Of a stretch of 32,000 nucleotides of DNA, positions 10,982-27,629 are shown in pieces. Positions within the stretch are counted from its first letter, which is position 1, and the number at the start of each line of letters is the position of its first letter. The notes beneath the pieces are model-generated. The model did no database searches and was not told where the DNA came from. It worked only from the letters and a program-made list of their open reading frames with translations. The stretch lies in sequence record OZ375202.1, one strand, 5' to 3'. The position numbers were made by a program, and so were the translations under genes.

Positions 10982-11010
10982 TTACATGAATCGGTCTATT
11001 TTGTTACTAT
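10982..11010 (+). promoter_or_regulatory. candidate PEP promoter for the trnS-rpl32-ftsH-like cluster
   Basis: TTACAT (10982-10987), 17-nt spacer, TACTAT (11005-11010), 30 nt upstream of trnS(UGA). Motif match only, in AT-rich DNA. Confidence 0.2.
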
Positions 11011-11039
11011 ATATACAAGTAATTAAAAAAGTGTTTATC

Positions 11040-11126
11040 GGAGAGGTGACAGAGTGGACGAATGTACTAGTCTTGAAAACTAGCGTAGTTGAAAGGCTAC
11101 CGAGGGTTCGAATCCCTCCCTCTCCG
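11040..11126 (+). tRNA. trnS: tRNA-Ser (UGA)
   Basis: 87 nt. Acceptor ggagagg/cctctcc, anticodon loop ctTGAaa, long variable arm, T arm gaggg-ttcgaat-ccctc. Confidence 0.9.
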
Positions 11127-11175
11127 CTCTTTTTTATTAAAAACTTATCTATATTTTTTTAATTTACAATTTATT

Positions 11176-11328
11176 ATGGCTGTACCTAAAAAACGAAAAT
11201 CAAAAAGTAAAACAAAAATCAGAAAAGCTGTTTGGAAAAAGAAAGCACAACAAGAAGCAGCAAAATCTATTGCTTTATCCAAGGCTCTTTTAAAAGAAAA
11301 CCCTACACGTTTTATTTATAACGATTAA
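11176..11328 (+). CDS. rpl32: ribosomal protein L32
   Basis: 50 aa: MAVPKKRKSKSKTKIRKAVWKKKAQQEAAKSIALSKALL... Canonical bL32 N-terminus. The track's upstream extension overlaps trnS and was trimmed. Confidence 0.9.
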   Translation: MAVPKKRKSKSKTKIRKAVWKKKAQQEAAKSIALSKALLKENPTRFIYND

Positions 11329-11338
11329 TACACCTAAA

Positions 11339-12640
11339 ATGTCACGATTGAAACAGGTAGTTAGTATTCAACAAGAAGGTAAGAAACAAGTTTCTTTATT
11401 GAGTTTTCCTGATCGTACAACCCCGTTTTTTGCTTATTTAGAAATACCACTTCGAATTTATACAATTCTGTGGTTAGCCTGCACGATAGTTTTTACAGCA
11501 AGTTTTATTATTAAACCAACTTATAAACAAACAACCATCCTGTGGCCTGAAAAAAATCCTAAACGTTTAGATAACCTTTTATTGCCCGATGCAACATTAA
11601 GTTACTTAACCGAATGGATTTGCTTTCTTCGTGCTAAACAAATAAATCAAGCTCAATCCTATGTACCAAAAGGAATACTACTTGTAGGTCCACCGGGTAC
11701 AGGTAAAACAACATTAGCACAAGCTTTTGCTTATGAAGCTAAATTACCTATTATCTGTGAGACAGTCTCACATTTCTATGCTCGGTCCCGTAATGTCTGG
11801 TCTAAAGTACGTGAAATATTCAATTTAGCTCAAAAATGGAGCCCTTCTATTTTGTTCTTGGATGATATGGGAACCTTAGGAAGCCGCCCAAATGATCCAA
11901 TGACTGTAACACAGAAAGGGGTCTTAAAACCTGTTATGTTTAAAAACAGAAATGAATTAAAAAAGAAAAAATCACGTTATTCCTTGACTGATTTAAATGA
12001 TAAAAAAGCTTCCCATAAAGAAATGACATTACTAACGCATTTTCTTATTGAATTAGACGGGTTACGCAAACGTCAAGGAGTTATAGTAATGGGAGCAGTT
12101 CATACATTAGAAGGTATGGATCCTGCTTTGTTGCGCCCGGGACGTTTTGAGCGAATCATTTGGTTAAAACCTTTAAATCAAACACAAAGGATTACTTTAT
12201 TACAACATAACTTTAAACGTATAGGACAAACATTAGATGAAGAACATTGGCACACTTTAGGACCATTAACACAAGGTCTAACAGGAGCTAGTTTACAGAG
12301 TATTGCAGACAAAATTATCCTTCAAAATAAAGGAATTGCTAAAATAACTCCTCTTCAAATACGAAAAGCACTCGAAGACCTGCAAGCTCAAGCAGCTATT
12401 CAACGAACTCACAAAAGAATAAACTATAAAGTACCAGAACTCAAAGGTTTAGGTTTCCGAAAGTGGTGGACAGATGAAATTAGTACACGCATGGCTAATG
12501 TACCAACAACAGGCTGGAATACCTTTTATGCTCAAGAACCTTTAGGCGATTGGTATCAACAAGCTTTTGTCGAAAGTAAAAACTTACCAAAATGGGATCA
12601 AGATGTCGCGGACGATACTTACCGCGACTCTACCCCATAA
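11339..12640 (+). CDS. FtsH-like AAA+ ATPase lacking a protease domain
   Basis: 433 aa. One N-terminal hydrophobic helix (aa ~37-58), Walker A GPPGTGKT (aa 117-124), Walker B ILFLDD (aa 171-176), FtsH-type SRH MDPALLRPGRFER (aa 260-272). No HEXXH anywhere. Confidence 0.75.
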   Translation: MSRLKQVVSIQQEGKKQVSLLSFPDRTTPFFAYLEIPLRIYTILWLACTIVFTASFIIKPTYKQTTILWPEKNPKRLDNLLLPDATLSYLTEWICFLRAKQINQAQSYVPKGILLVGPPGTGKTTLAQAFAYEAKLPIICETVSHFYARSRNVWSKVREIFNLAQKWSPSILFLDDMGTLGSRPNDPMTVTQKGVLKPVMFKNRNELKKKKSRYSLTDLNDKKASHKEMTLLTHFLIELDGLRKRQGVIVMGAVHTLEGMDPALLRPGRFERIIWLKPLNQTQRITLLQHNFKRIGQTLDEEHWHTLGPLTQGLTGASLQSIADKIILQNKGIAKITPLQIRKALEDLQAQAAIQRTHKRINYKVPELKGLGFRKWWTDEISTRMANVPTTGWNTFYAQEPLGDWYQQAFVESKNLPKWDQDVADDTYRDSTP

Positions 12641-12672
12641 TATGAAAAAAATTTATGCTACAATAAATTAAA

Positions 12673-12746
12673 GGGCTTGTAGCTCAGTGGACTAGAGCAC
12701 GTGGCTACGAACCACGGTGTCAGGGGTTCGAATCCCTTCTTGCCCG
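12673..12746 (+). tRNA. trnR: tRNA-Arg (ACG)
   Basis: 74 nt. D stem gctc/gagc, anticodon stem cgtgg/ccacg with loop ctACGaa, T arm agggg-ttcgaat-ccctt. The acceptor stem has two adjacent U-U oppositions (5:68, 6:67). Confidence 0.85.
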
Positions 12747-12793
12747 TTACGAAGAAAATTTGAATATTAATCTTAAGTTTAAATAAGATAAAA

Positions 12794-13708
12794 ATGCGTA
12801 AATTTATTGGCTTTTTTGCTTTTATTTTAGGTTTTATTGCCTTTAACTCACCAAGCCAAGCATACCCAATCTTTGCCCAACAAGGATATGAATATCCTCG
12901 TGAAGCAAATGGACGTATTGTATGTGCAAACTGCCATTTAGCTCAAAAACCTGTAGATATTGAATTACCACAAGCAGTTTTTCCTGATACAGTTTTTGAA
13001 GCAAATATCCATATTCCTTATGACCAACAACTAAAACAAGTTTTAGGTAATGGTAAAAAAGGTGGTTTAAATGTTGGTGCAGTTCTAATTTTGCCAGAAG
13101 GCTTTGAAGTTGCTCCAAAGGATCGTATTCCTGAGGAAATTTCAACTAAAGTTGGAAAACTATTCTTCCAACCATGGAATGCTGACAATAAAAATATCGT
13201 GGTAGTAGGGCCACTTCCAGGTAAGAAATATACAGACATGGTGTTCCCTATTATTTCACCAAAAGATCCAAAGAATTTCCTTAAATACCCTGTATACTTA
13301 GGTGGTAACCGTGGACGTGGACAAGTTTACCCTTCTGGTGAGAAGAGTAATAACACTGTTTACACAGCCCCAGTAGCTGGTAAAATCACTTCAATTGACA
13401 AAAATGAAGAAGGAAAGACTTTAATGACTATCTTTAATGCAGAAAAAGATAAAAGCGTTACTGAAACAATTCCACCAGGACCTTCATTATTAGTAGGCGT
13501 TGGTGATACTGTTGAAGCTGATCAACCAATCACAAACAACCCTAATGTTGGTGGTTTCGGTCAAGCTGAGGGTGAAATTGTATTACAAAATCCTTTACGC
13601 GTAATTGGTTTACTTGTATTCCTTTTCTTAATTGGAGTTGCTCAAATCTTCCTTGTACTGAAGAAGAAACAATTCGAGAAAGTTCAATTAGCTGACATGA
13701 ACTTCTAA
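12794..13708 (+). CDS. petA: cytochrome f
   Basis: 304 aa. Signal peptide, then [27 protein letters not shown] (heme-binding CxxCH), and a C-terminal membrane anchor. Confidence 0.97.
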   Translation: MRKFIGFFAFILGFIAFNSPSQAYPIFAQQGYEYPREANGRIVCANCHLAQKPVDIELPQAVFPDTVFEANIHIPYDQQLKQVLGNGKKGGLNVGAVLILPEGFEVAPKDRIPEEISTKVGKLFFQPWNADNKNIVVVGPLPGKKYTDMVFPIISPKDPKNFLKYPVYLGGNRGRGQVYPSGEKSNNTVYTAPVAGKITSIDKNEEGKTLMTIFNAEKDKSVTETIPPGPSLLVGVGDTVEADQPITNNPNVGGFGQAEGEIVLQNPLRVIGLLVFLFLIGVAQIFLVLKKKQFEKVQLADMNF

Positions 13709-13734
13709 TTTCATATTTATCAAGTATTAATATT

Positions 13735-13827
13735 ATGGCAATATTCGGATATATTGGTTTTTTAGGTTTATGCTTAGCAACTGCTTTAGCATTATACCTA
13801 GGTTTAACTAAAATTAAACTTATTTAA
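13735..13827 (+). CDS. petL: cytochrome b6f subunit VI
   Basis: Hand-translated 30 aa: MAIFGYIGFLGLCLATALALYLGLTKIKLI. PetL-like single helix with a ..GL.KI.LI end, between petA and petG. Confidence 0.8.
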   Translation: MAIFGYIGFLGLCLATALALYLGLTKIKLI

Positions 13828-13839
13828 ATTATTTAAAGT

Positions 13840-13953
13840 ATGGTTGAGATTTTACTATCAGGCATTGTATTAGGATTAATTCCTGTAACAATCTTTGGTT
13901 TATTTGTTACTGCGTACCTTCAATATCGACGTGGAGACCAATTAAACTTCTAA
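13840..13953 (+). CDS. petG: cytochrome b6f subunit V
   Basis: Hand-translated 37 aa: [37 protein letters not shown]. Canonical PetG. Confidence 0.92.
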   Translation: MVEILLSGIVLGLIPVTIFGLFVTAYLQYRRGDQLNF

Positions 13954-13962
13954 TTGGTTAAT

Positions 13963-13998
13963 GTTGAGGTTTCTTGGATTAGTGCAAGAAACCTCAAC
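13963..13998 (+). terminator. 3' stem-loop after petG (14 bp perfect)
   Basis: gttgaggtttcttg / caagaaacctcaac with an 8-nt loop, 10 nt after the petG stop. Confidence 0.55.
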
Positions 13999-14055
13999 CT
14001 TTTATTTTATATAGACCTTTAACTAAACTTTATGCTATTATAAAGTTAAGATAAA

Positions 14056-14129
14056 GGGATAGTAGTTCAATTGGTTAGAGCACCGCCCTGTCACGGCGGA
14101 AGTTGCGGGTTCGAGTCCCGTCTGTCCCG
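14056..14129 (+). tRNA. trnD: tRNA-Asp (GUC)
   Basis: 74 nt. Acceptor gggatag/ctgtccc, anticodon stem ccgcc/ggcgg with loop ctGTCac, T arm gcggg-ttcgagt-cccgt. Confidence 0.9.
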
Positions 14130-14244
14130 ATTTTAAATTATAGTATCAAACTATAAGACTTTATGTTCATTAAATTCAAATGAAAGTTTACTATAAAATG
14201 TCATAACAAGTTACTTGTATGCCAACCTAAGATCCATTATAGAT

Positions 14245-14300
14245 AAAAAAAAAAGCTCCTCATTACTTTATTAATAAAGTAATGAGGAGCTTTTTTTTTT
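14245..14300. terminator. 56-nt perfect palindrome (26 bp stem: A10 + gctcctcattacttta / taaagtaatgaggagc + T10)
   Basis: Every base from 14245 to 14300 pairs around a ttaa loop. It lies between convergent trnD (+) and trnY (-) and looks like a bidirectional terminator. Confidence 0.6.
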
Positions 14301-14319
14301 TAATATTAAGAATATATAT

Positions 14320-14400
14320 TGGGCCGAGCTGGATTTGAACCAGCGTAGGCGAACCAGCGGATTTACAATCCGCCCCCATTAACCACTCGGGCACCGACCC
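14320..14400 (-). tRNA. trnY: tRNA-Tyr (GUA)
   Basis: Reverse complement gggtcggtgcccgagtggttaatgggggcggattGTAaatccgctggttcgcctacgctggttcaaatccagctcggccca. 81 nt with a long variable arm. Confidence 0.9.
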
Positions 14401-14436
14401 TTTAATCTTCCAGGTTTTTTAACCTGGAAGATTAAA
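14401..14436 (-). terminator. psbC 3' stem-loop (16 bp perfect)
   Basis: tttaatcttccaggtt-tttt-aacctggaagattaaa. It abuts the trnY 5' end and lies 70 nt downstream of the psbC stop. Confidence 0.55.
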
Positions 14437-14506
14437 ATTACTAACTGTAATTAAAGTTAGCTTATAACCTTGATTTAGTCAAGAGGACTGAGATAAAGAT
14501 TTTAAG

Positions 14507-16988
<2,482 letters not shown>

Positions 16989-17037
16989 TTATATAATATA
17001 TACTATAATTGCAGACGACTTTACTTAAGTATAAAAA

Positions 17038-17108
17038 AGCGGATAGCGGGACTCGAACCCGCAGCTTTAGCTTGGAAGGCTAAGGTATTACCCTTATACG
17101 ATATCCGC
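17038..17108 (-). tRNA. trnG: tRNA-Gly (UCC)
   Basis: Reverse complement gcggatatcgtataagggtaataccttagccTTCCaagctaaagctgcgggttcgagtcccgctatccgct. 71 nt, anticodon loop ctTCCaa. Confidence 0.9.
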
Positions 17109-17180
17109 CTCCCCAGGTAGGATTTGAACCTACGACAAATCGGTTAACAGCCGATCGCTCTACCCCTGAGCTACTGAGGA
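17109..17180 (-). tRNA. trnN: tRNA-Asn (GUU)
   Basis: Reverse complement tcctcagtagctcaggggtagagcgatcggctGTTaaccgatttgtcgtaggttcaaatcctacctggggag. 72 nt. Its discriminator base directly abuts nucleotide 1 of trnG(UCC). Confidence 0.9.
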
Positions 17181-17302
17181 AATATATTCGCCTAAGCTAT
17201 TTATAAACTTAATAGGTTTTTAATAAATAACTTAGACGGTTCTTTTACAATAATAACAGAAAGGTTGGAAACGGACAAGTGTCATTTTAGGTTCAAACTT
17301 TA

Positions 17303-17812
17303 TTAATACTCTAATCTTCCAGTAACTTTTAGCCAATTTTGAGCTTCAATATAATTGTCAGGCGCTAAACGAATAGCTTCTAACCAATAATCTGCTGCTT
17401 TATCAAAAAGAATTTTTGATACTTGGTCTTGACCTAACTCCATTGCTTGCTCTCCTCGATAATGATAAATAACAGCAATGTTATTTAAAGCCTGTGGAAG
17501 AGAAGGGTTTCGTTCTAATGCTTGAGCATAATAATCTAATGCTCGCGCATGATCCCCATTACTTGTATGAATCAACCCGATGTTATATAAAATAAAACTT
17601 CGATCATATGCATCAGATTCTAGCCGAAGCGCTTCAAAGTAATTTTGAAGCGCTTCTGCATATTCTCCTTCAGCTTGAGCTGACATCCCATCACGATAAT
17701 AAGCAAAAGCTTCTTTTTCTCGCTTTGGGGTTGGTAAGGTTTGTAATAGAATATCCGCAATAACGCCGAACGTTTTATCAATAAAATTTGCATTTCGTTG
17801 GGTTCTAGGCAT
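17303..17812 (-). CDS. ycf3: photosystem I assembly protein Ycf3 (TPR), no introns
   Basis: 169 aa: [23 protein letters not shown]...[31 protein letters not shown]...[16 protein letters not shown]... Canonical Ycf3. Confidence 0.95.
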   Translation of the reverse strand: MPRTQRNANFIDKTFGVIADILLQTLPTPKREKEAFAYYRDGMSAQAEGEYAEALQNYFEALRLESDAYDRSFILYNIGLIHTSNGDHARALDYYAQALERNPSLPQALNNIAVIYHYRGEQAMELGQDQVSKILFDKAADYWLEAIRLAPDNYIEAQNWLKVTGRLEY

Positions 17813-17855
17813 TTTTTCTATTTTTTATTAAAAAAGAATATAGGGATAATTATAA

Positions 17856-18158
17856 TTACCAACTAGATTTAACCACTCCAGGAAGGAGACCTTCATGAGC
17901 CATTTCACGAAAAACATGACGTGACAATCCAAAATCTTTATATACTGCTTTTGGACGACCAGTCACTTCACAACGTGATTCTGTTCTTACAGGACTACTA
18001 TTTTTAGGTAAGCTCTGCATTAATGCATGAATACGTAAGCGAGTACCTAAATTAGTTGTACGTTTCATTTGGCTTTTTAGCCAAACACGTAAACTAGAAT
18101 ACTTTTGACTTAAATTTTTACGTTTAAGGTTTCGTGCAATTACACTCTTTTTTGCCAT
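17856..18158 (-). CDS. rps14: ribosomal protein S14
   Basis: 100 aa: [14 protein letters not shown]...[39 protein letters not shown]. Canonical uS14. Confidence 0.95.
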   Translation of the reverse strand: MAKKSVIARNLKRKNLSQKYSSLRVWLKSQMKRTTNLGTRLRIHALMQSLPKNSSPVRTESRCEVTGRPKAVYKDFGLSRHVFREMAHEGLLPGVVKSSW

Positions 18159-18176
18159 TTTAAATTATTATTTAAC

Positions 18177-18581
18177 TTAAGATTTTGGTAAAGTAGCTTC
18201 ATAACGAGCTTTAGCTTTACGGAATGCAATTTGAGCCTCAATTAAATCAGGGGGTGTAGACGCAGATTCTAAAGCTTCTTTAGCTTTAGATAAATTCTCT
18301 TCTACTGTTTCTTTTTCCAAAGACTCCCCAGATTCAGCTTGATTCACAATTAAAGTTAACGAGTTATCTTTGATAGTAGCAAAACCACCCATAACGGCAA
18401 AAGATAACCATTCTTTATTTTCATTACGTAAACGTAATGGACCGATTTCCAAAGCTGTTAATAAAGGAGCGTGATTAGGTAAAATACCCATTAAACCTGT
18501 TGTAGTTGAAAGCAAAGCTTCTTCTACAGGTCCATCCCAAAGTATACAATCTGGAGTAATAAGTGAAACTTTTAAAGCCAT
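18177..18581 (-). CDS. atpE: ATP synthase CF1 epsilon
   Basis: 134 aa: MALKVSLITPDCILWDGPVEEALLSTTTGLMGILPNHAPLLTAL... It starts 25 nt downstream of atpB with no overlap. Confidence 0.93.
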   Translation of the reverse strand: MALKVSLITPDCILWDGPVEEALLSTTTGLMGILPNHAPLLTALEIGPLRLRNENKEWLSFAVMGGFATIKDNSLTLIVNQAESGESLEKETVEENLSKAKEALESASTPPDLIEAQIAFRKAKARYEATLPKS

Positions 18582-18606
18582 TATTATATTTTAACCTCCA
18601 TTAGTA

Positions 18607-20076
<1,470 letters not shown>

Positions 20077-20169
20077 TTATTCGTTTTTGTTAACATTATT
20101 AGTTCAACAAAAGCCTCTATTTTTCCTACTCAAATTATTATTTTTTCTAATGTTTCAAGATTAAATTAA

Positions 20170-20286
20170 TTAACTTACATCTTTTGGACCTGGGTTACGA
20201 CCTGGGTCATTAGAAAGAAAACCAAAGATAAACAGTGAACAAAAGAAAATTACAACTGTATAAACCAGAATCTTTAAAGCGATCAT
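20170..20286 (-). CDS. psbI: photosystem II protein I
   Basis: Hand-translated 38 aa: [38 protein letters not shown]. Canonical PsbI. Confidence 0.92.
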   Translation of the reverse strand: MIALKILVYTVVIFFCSLFIFGFLSNDPGRNPGPKDVS

Positions 20287-20321
20287 AAAAAACCTTTTTT
20301 CTTTATAGTAGCACAAGCTCT

Positions 20322-21107
20322 TTAGGGAATCCATAAACGTAGACTTTGTGCATAGTATAAGAGTAGATCAGCACAACTAGTCCAAGTTTGTATACTAAAG
20401 TGATTAGATGTGTTTTTTAAGGCAGCTTGCTGAAGTACCCAATAAACCATTTTAATTTTTCTCACCAATAAAATATTATCTTCATTTAAGTCTTTTAACT
20501 CAGCCAAAAATATTTCTTGATCTTTAGTTACGTTTGATTGTGTATCACGAAAAACATTTTCTAATTCCACAATATTTACGTGAGGTAAATCATTTATTGT
20601 AGTTAAACAAACACTTAAAAAATGTTTATTTTCTCTACCTAAACAGGATAAAGGTTTATGTATACCTAGTGACCAACCGGCTAAATCAAAAGAATAAATT
20701 ATATAATAAATTAACAAACCGAAAAAAACTTTTGATTTAACTTTCTTTTTAACTTCAAAATATAGAAGAAAACAAAATAAAAATAAGGAAACTCTAATGT
20801 ACCGTGTAAAGGTAAATAGCCAAGAAATACATAAAGAAAGGCTTGGATTTGGGCAAAAATCAATCCATGAGAAGATATTACCTTCTATAATACCTACGCC
20901 CATAGAACGGTAACAGTTAAACACCTTTATCGGGGTTTTTAAGGAAATATAGCGCATATCACCTGAAGGCATAATAACTTTTAAAACGGCTCCGGTTTCG
21001 TAAAATACCTGTAGGTCTAAGACAAAAACAAAAAACCTTTTTTTATAAAATTTCCTAGTTTCTAAAGTTGAATCTAATTTACGCTCCAACCGCTTCTTTT
21101 GCGGCAT
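20322..21107 (-). CDS. hypothetical protein (orf261)
   Basis: A 261-codon ORF is unlikely by chance in AT-rich DNA. It has an ATG start 29 nt inside the chlB 3' end; internal Mets at 20972 and 20957 would remove the overlap. Central hydrophobic segments. I recognise no family, and checked cemA, ccsA, ycf4, tatC and rps4 motifs by eye. Confidence 0.3.
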   Translation of the reverse strand: MPQKKRLERKLDSTLETRKFYKKRFFVFVLDLQVFYETGAVLKVIMPSGDMRYISLKTPIKVFNCYRSMGVGIIEGNIFSWIDFCPNPSLSLCISWLFTFTRYIRVSLFLFCFLLYFEVKKKVKSKVFFGLLIYYIIYSFDLAGWSLGIHKPLSCLGRENKHFLSVCLTTINDLPHVNIVELENVFRDTQSNVTKDQEIFLAELKDLNEDNILLVRKIKMVYWVLQQAALKNTSNHFSIQTWTSCADLLLYYAQSLRLWIP

Positions 21108-22611
21108 ACATTACTTCAATTGAAATGGTATTAACGCCCTCTTCGCGAGCAAATTTTTCTGTATTTCTTTTTATTTTACCTCGAACAAACCCTGGAATTT
21201 TATTTAATTCTTTTTGTGCATCAGGAGTCCATTTAAATAAATCATCAGTAGAAAGAGCTTTTGTAATAACCTCTTTAGTATCATGTCCACCAAAAATTTC
21301 AAGTAAATGGTCTTCCATCCCTAAACTAAATGAATTATAAACCAGGTCTGCTATTTGATTCGAACCTTCGTATCCCAAAAACGGACGGTAACCAAGTGGA
21401 AAATTTTGAATATGAACTGGAGCTGAAATCACCCCACATGGAATATCTAACCTTTTACCAATATGACGTTCCATTTGAGTTCCAAAGATTGCAGATGGCT
21501 CTAAACGAGCAATCATATCTCCGACTTGAGTATGATCATCTGTAATAAAAACTTCATCAGCATAACCTTGAACCTGTTCACGGAACCAATCAGCATCATA
21601 CGTACAGTATGTCCCTGCACATGCAACACCAATACCCATTTCACGTACTAAAACTTTTGTTATAGCTGCAGCATGTGTTGAATCTCCAAATACAACAGCT
21701 TTTTTATTTGTTAAGTTTTGACAATCAATCGAACGAGAAAACCAAGATGCTTGAGAAACAAATTGACTTTGATTTTCAATATAAGAATTGAAGTTTACTT
21801 CTTCTGTTGATTGTCTTTGATTAATGATAGCTTGAATCTCTTTAATCATTTCACTTGTTTCAATTACACCCATTGGGATTCGTGAAACATAAGGCATCCC
21901 GTATTCCTCTTTTAAATACTCTGCTGTCATTAACCCTACTTCACGGTATGGAACTAAATTAAACCAAGCACGGGGTAGTTTTGCAATACTATCAATTTTA
22001 CCACCTTCTGGAACAATAGCATTAATTTCAATACCTAAATCTTCTAATAAACGACAAAGTTCACGACAATCATGGGTATGGTGAAAACCTAAAGTAAAGA
22101 ACCCTAATAAATTAACAGAAGGTTTTAAAGTTTTATTTTTATCAATAGTTTGGGTACGCTCCGCTTTTTCTAAACAAAAACGTACAATTTGTTCTAATGT
22201 TCGATCTGCTGCTTGTAATTCATTGACACGGTAATGATTTACATCAGCTAAAAGAACATTTGCATCAGATTCAGACGTTGCTCGATCTACAAAATTTTGC
22301 AAATCTTCTTGAAGAATACTTGATGTACATGTAGGAGTTAAAACAATTAAATCTGGTTTCTCCTCTTTATCTTTACGAACAATATTCTCTACAACTTTTT
22401 CTTGAGATCCACGTGCTAATACATGGCGGTCTACAATACTTGCAGTAACAGGTGTAAAATCGCGTTCTCGCTCTAACATAGAACGCATTACATTAAAGTA
22501 ATCATCCCCTAAAGGTGCATGCATAATAGCATGTACATTTTTAAAAGATGAGGCTACACGTAACGTACCTATATGAGCAGGTCCCGCATACATCCAATAA
22601 GCTAATTTCAT
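21079..22611 (-). CDS. chlB: light-independent protochlorophyllide reductase subunit B
   Basis: 510 aa: [58 protein letters not shown]... Canonical ChlB. Confidence 0.97.
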   Translation of the reverse strand: MKLAYWMYAGPAHIGTLRVASSFKNVHAIMHAPLGDDYFNVMRSMLERERDFTPVTASIVDRHVLARGSQEKVVENIVRKDKEEKPDLIVLTPTCTSSILQEDLQNFVDRATSESDANVLLADVNHYRVNELQAADRTLEQIVRFCLEKAERTQTIDKNKTLKPSVNLLGFFTLGFHHTHDCRELCRLLEDLGIEINAIVPEGGKIDSIAKLPRAWFNLVPYREVGLMTAEYLKEEYGMPYVSRIPMGVIETSEMIKEIQAIINQRQSTEEVNFNSYIENQSQFVSQASWFSRSIDCQNLTNKKAVVFGDSTHAAAITKVLVREMGIGVACAGTYCTYDADWFREQVQGYADEVFITDDHTQVGDMIARLEPSAIFGTQMERHIGKRLDIPCGVISAPVHIQNFPLGYRPFLGYEGSNQIADLVYNSFSLGMEDHLLEIFGGHDTKEVITKALSTDDLFKWTPDAQKELNKIPGFVRGKIKRNTEKFAREEGVNTISIEVMYAAKEAVGA

Positions 22612-22719
22612 TATTAATTCTGTATTAAAAGTTAAAGTTTATTTTTATTTTAGAATTAACTTTGTCATACCAAGAATATAACTAAAAAAGGAATGTTTTA
22701 TAAATAAGGTGAATATATA

Positions 22720-22793
22720 TACCTGCTACTAGATTTGAACTAGTGACACCCCGCGTATGAGACGGGTGCTCTAACCAGCTGAGCTAAGCAGGC
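22720..22793 (-). tRNA. trnM: tRNA (CAU), probably elongator Met
   Basis: Reverse complement gcctgcttagctcagctggttagagcacccgtctCATacgcggggtgtcactagttcaaatctagtagcaggta. Good cloverleaf. It lacks the initiator-type anticodon stem. Ile2 (lysidine) cannot be excluded from sequence alone. Confidence 0.7.
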
Positions 22794-22804
22794 TTTAGTA
22801 AAAA

Positions 22805-22877
22805 TACCCCCAAGGGAATTCGAATCCCTGTTTCCTCCGTGAAAGGGAGATGTCCTCGGCCTCTAGACGATGGGGGC
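22805..22877 (-). tRNA. trnE: tRNA-Glu (UUC)
   Basis: Reverse complement gcccccatcgtctagaggccgaggacatctccctTTCacggaggaaacagggattcgaattcccttgggggta. It has the G1-U72 pair typical of plastid tRNA-Glu. Confidence 0.9.
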
Positions 22878-22879
22878 GA

Positions 22880-22999
22880 TGCCTGGCATCAGCTATTTTC
22901 CCAGCAAGTTACCCTACAAGTATTTTCGCTGTCCAACCTTTAACGACTCAATTCGGAATGGAGTGAGTGTGCTTTGTGTTGAACTGTAGATACCAGACA
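22880..22999 (-). rRNA. rrf: 5S rRNA
   Basis: The reverse complement carries ...ccattccgaattgagtcgttaaag...gatacttgtagggtaacttgctgggaaaatagctgatgccaggca. Helix I forms between tgtctggtatc and gatgccaggca. Ends accurate to about 2 nt. Confidence 0.85.
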
Positions 23000-23014
23000 A
23001 ATTATATAAATTTA

Positions 23015-25810
<2,796 letters not shown>

Positions 25811-25850
25811 TTTTATTTAAGTTTTTTAGTTTTTAACTTGATTACGGGTT

Positions 25851-25923
25851 TGGAGGTAAGCGGATTCGAACCGCTGACTTTTGCCTTGCAAGGGCAACAC
25901 TCTACCAACTGAGTTATACCCCC
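25851..25923 (-). tRNA. trnA: tRNA-Ala (UGC), intron-less
   Basis: Reverse complement gggggtataactcagttggtagagtgttgcccttGCaaggcaaaagtcagcggttcgaatccgcttacctcca. Anticodon loop ctTGCaa and the G3-U70 identity pair are present. Confidence 0.92.
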
Positions 25924-25924
25924 A

Positions 25925-25998
25925 TGGGCTATAGGAGACTCGAACACCTGACCCCGCCCTTATCAGGGGCGTACTCTAACCAACTGAGCTAATAGCCC
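25925..25998 (-). tRNA. trnI: tRNA-Ile (GAU), intron-less
   Basis: Reverse complement gggctattagctcagttggttagagtacgcccctGATaagggcggggtcaggtgttcgagtctcctatagccca. It is separated from trnA by a single nucleotide (25924). Confidence 0.92.
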
Positions 25999-26055
25999 AT
26001 ACCCGGTTTTTTATTATTTTTTATTTGTTAAAACAAACGTATTTGTTTTTTTTTT

Positions 26056-27543
<1,488 letters not shown>

Positions 27544-27629
27544 AGATCTTTAACTATAAGTAATACTTCTAATAAGTAAATTTTTTATTTAAAGTATTTT
27601 AAGATTTATTTTTATCTTTCATGTCTAAG

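Noticed and set aside
11089-11175. N-terminal extension of the rpl32 ORF (MKGYRGFESLPLRS...)
   Set aside because: The extension is the translation of the 3' half of trnS(UGA). bL32 starts at the conserved MAVPKKR.
20930-20990. Short resemblance of orf261 residues [19 protein letters not shown] to the uL2 motif A.LKLPSGEVRLIS, suggesting an rpl2 remnant
   Set aside because: Only about 12 loosely matching residues. The flanking sequence does not continue the uL2 alignment and there is no GGGEG/HPHGGG block, so it is probably coincidence. A profile search would settle it.
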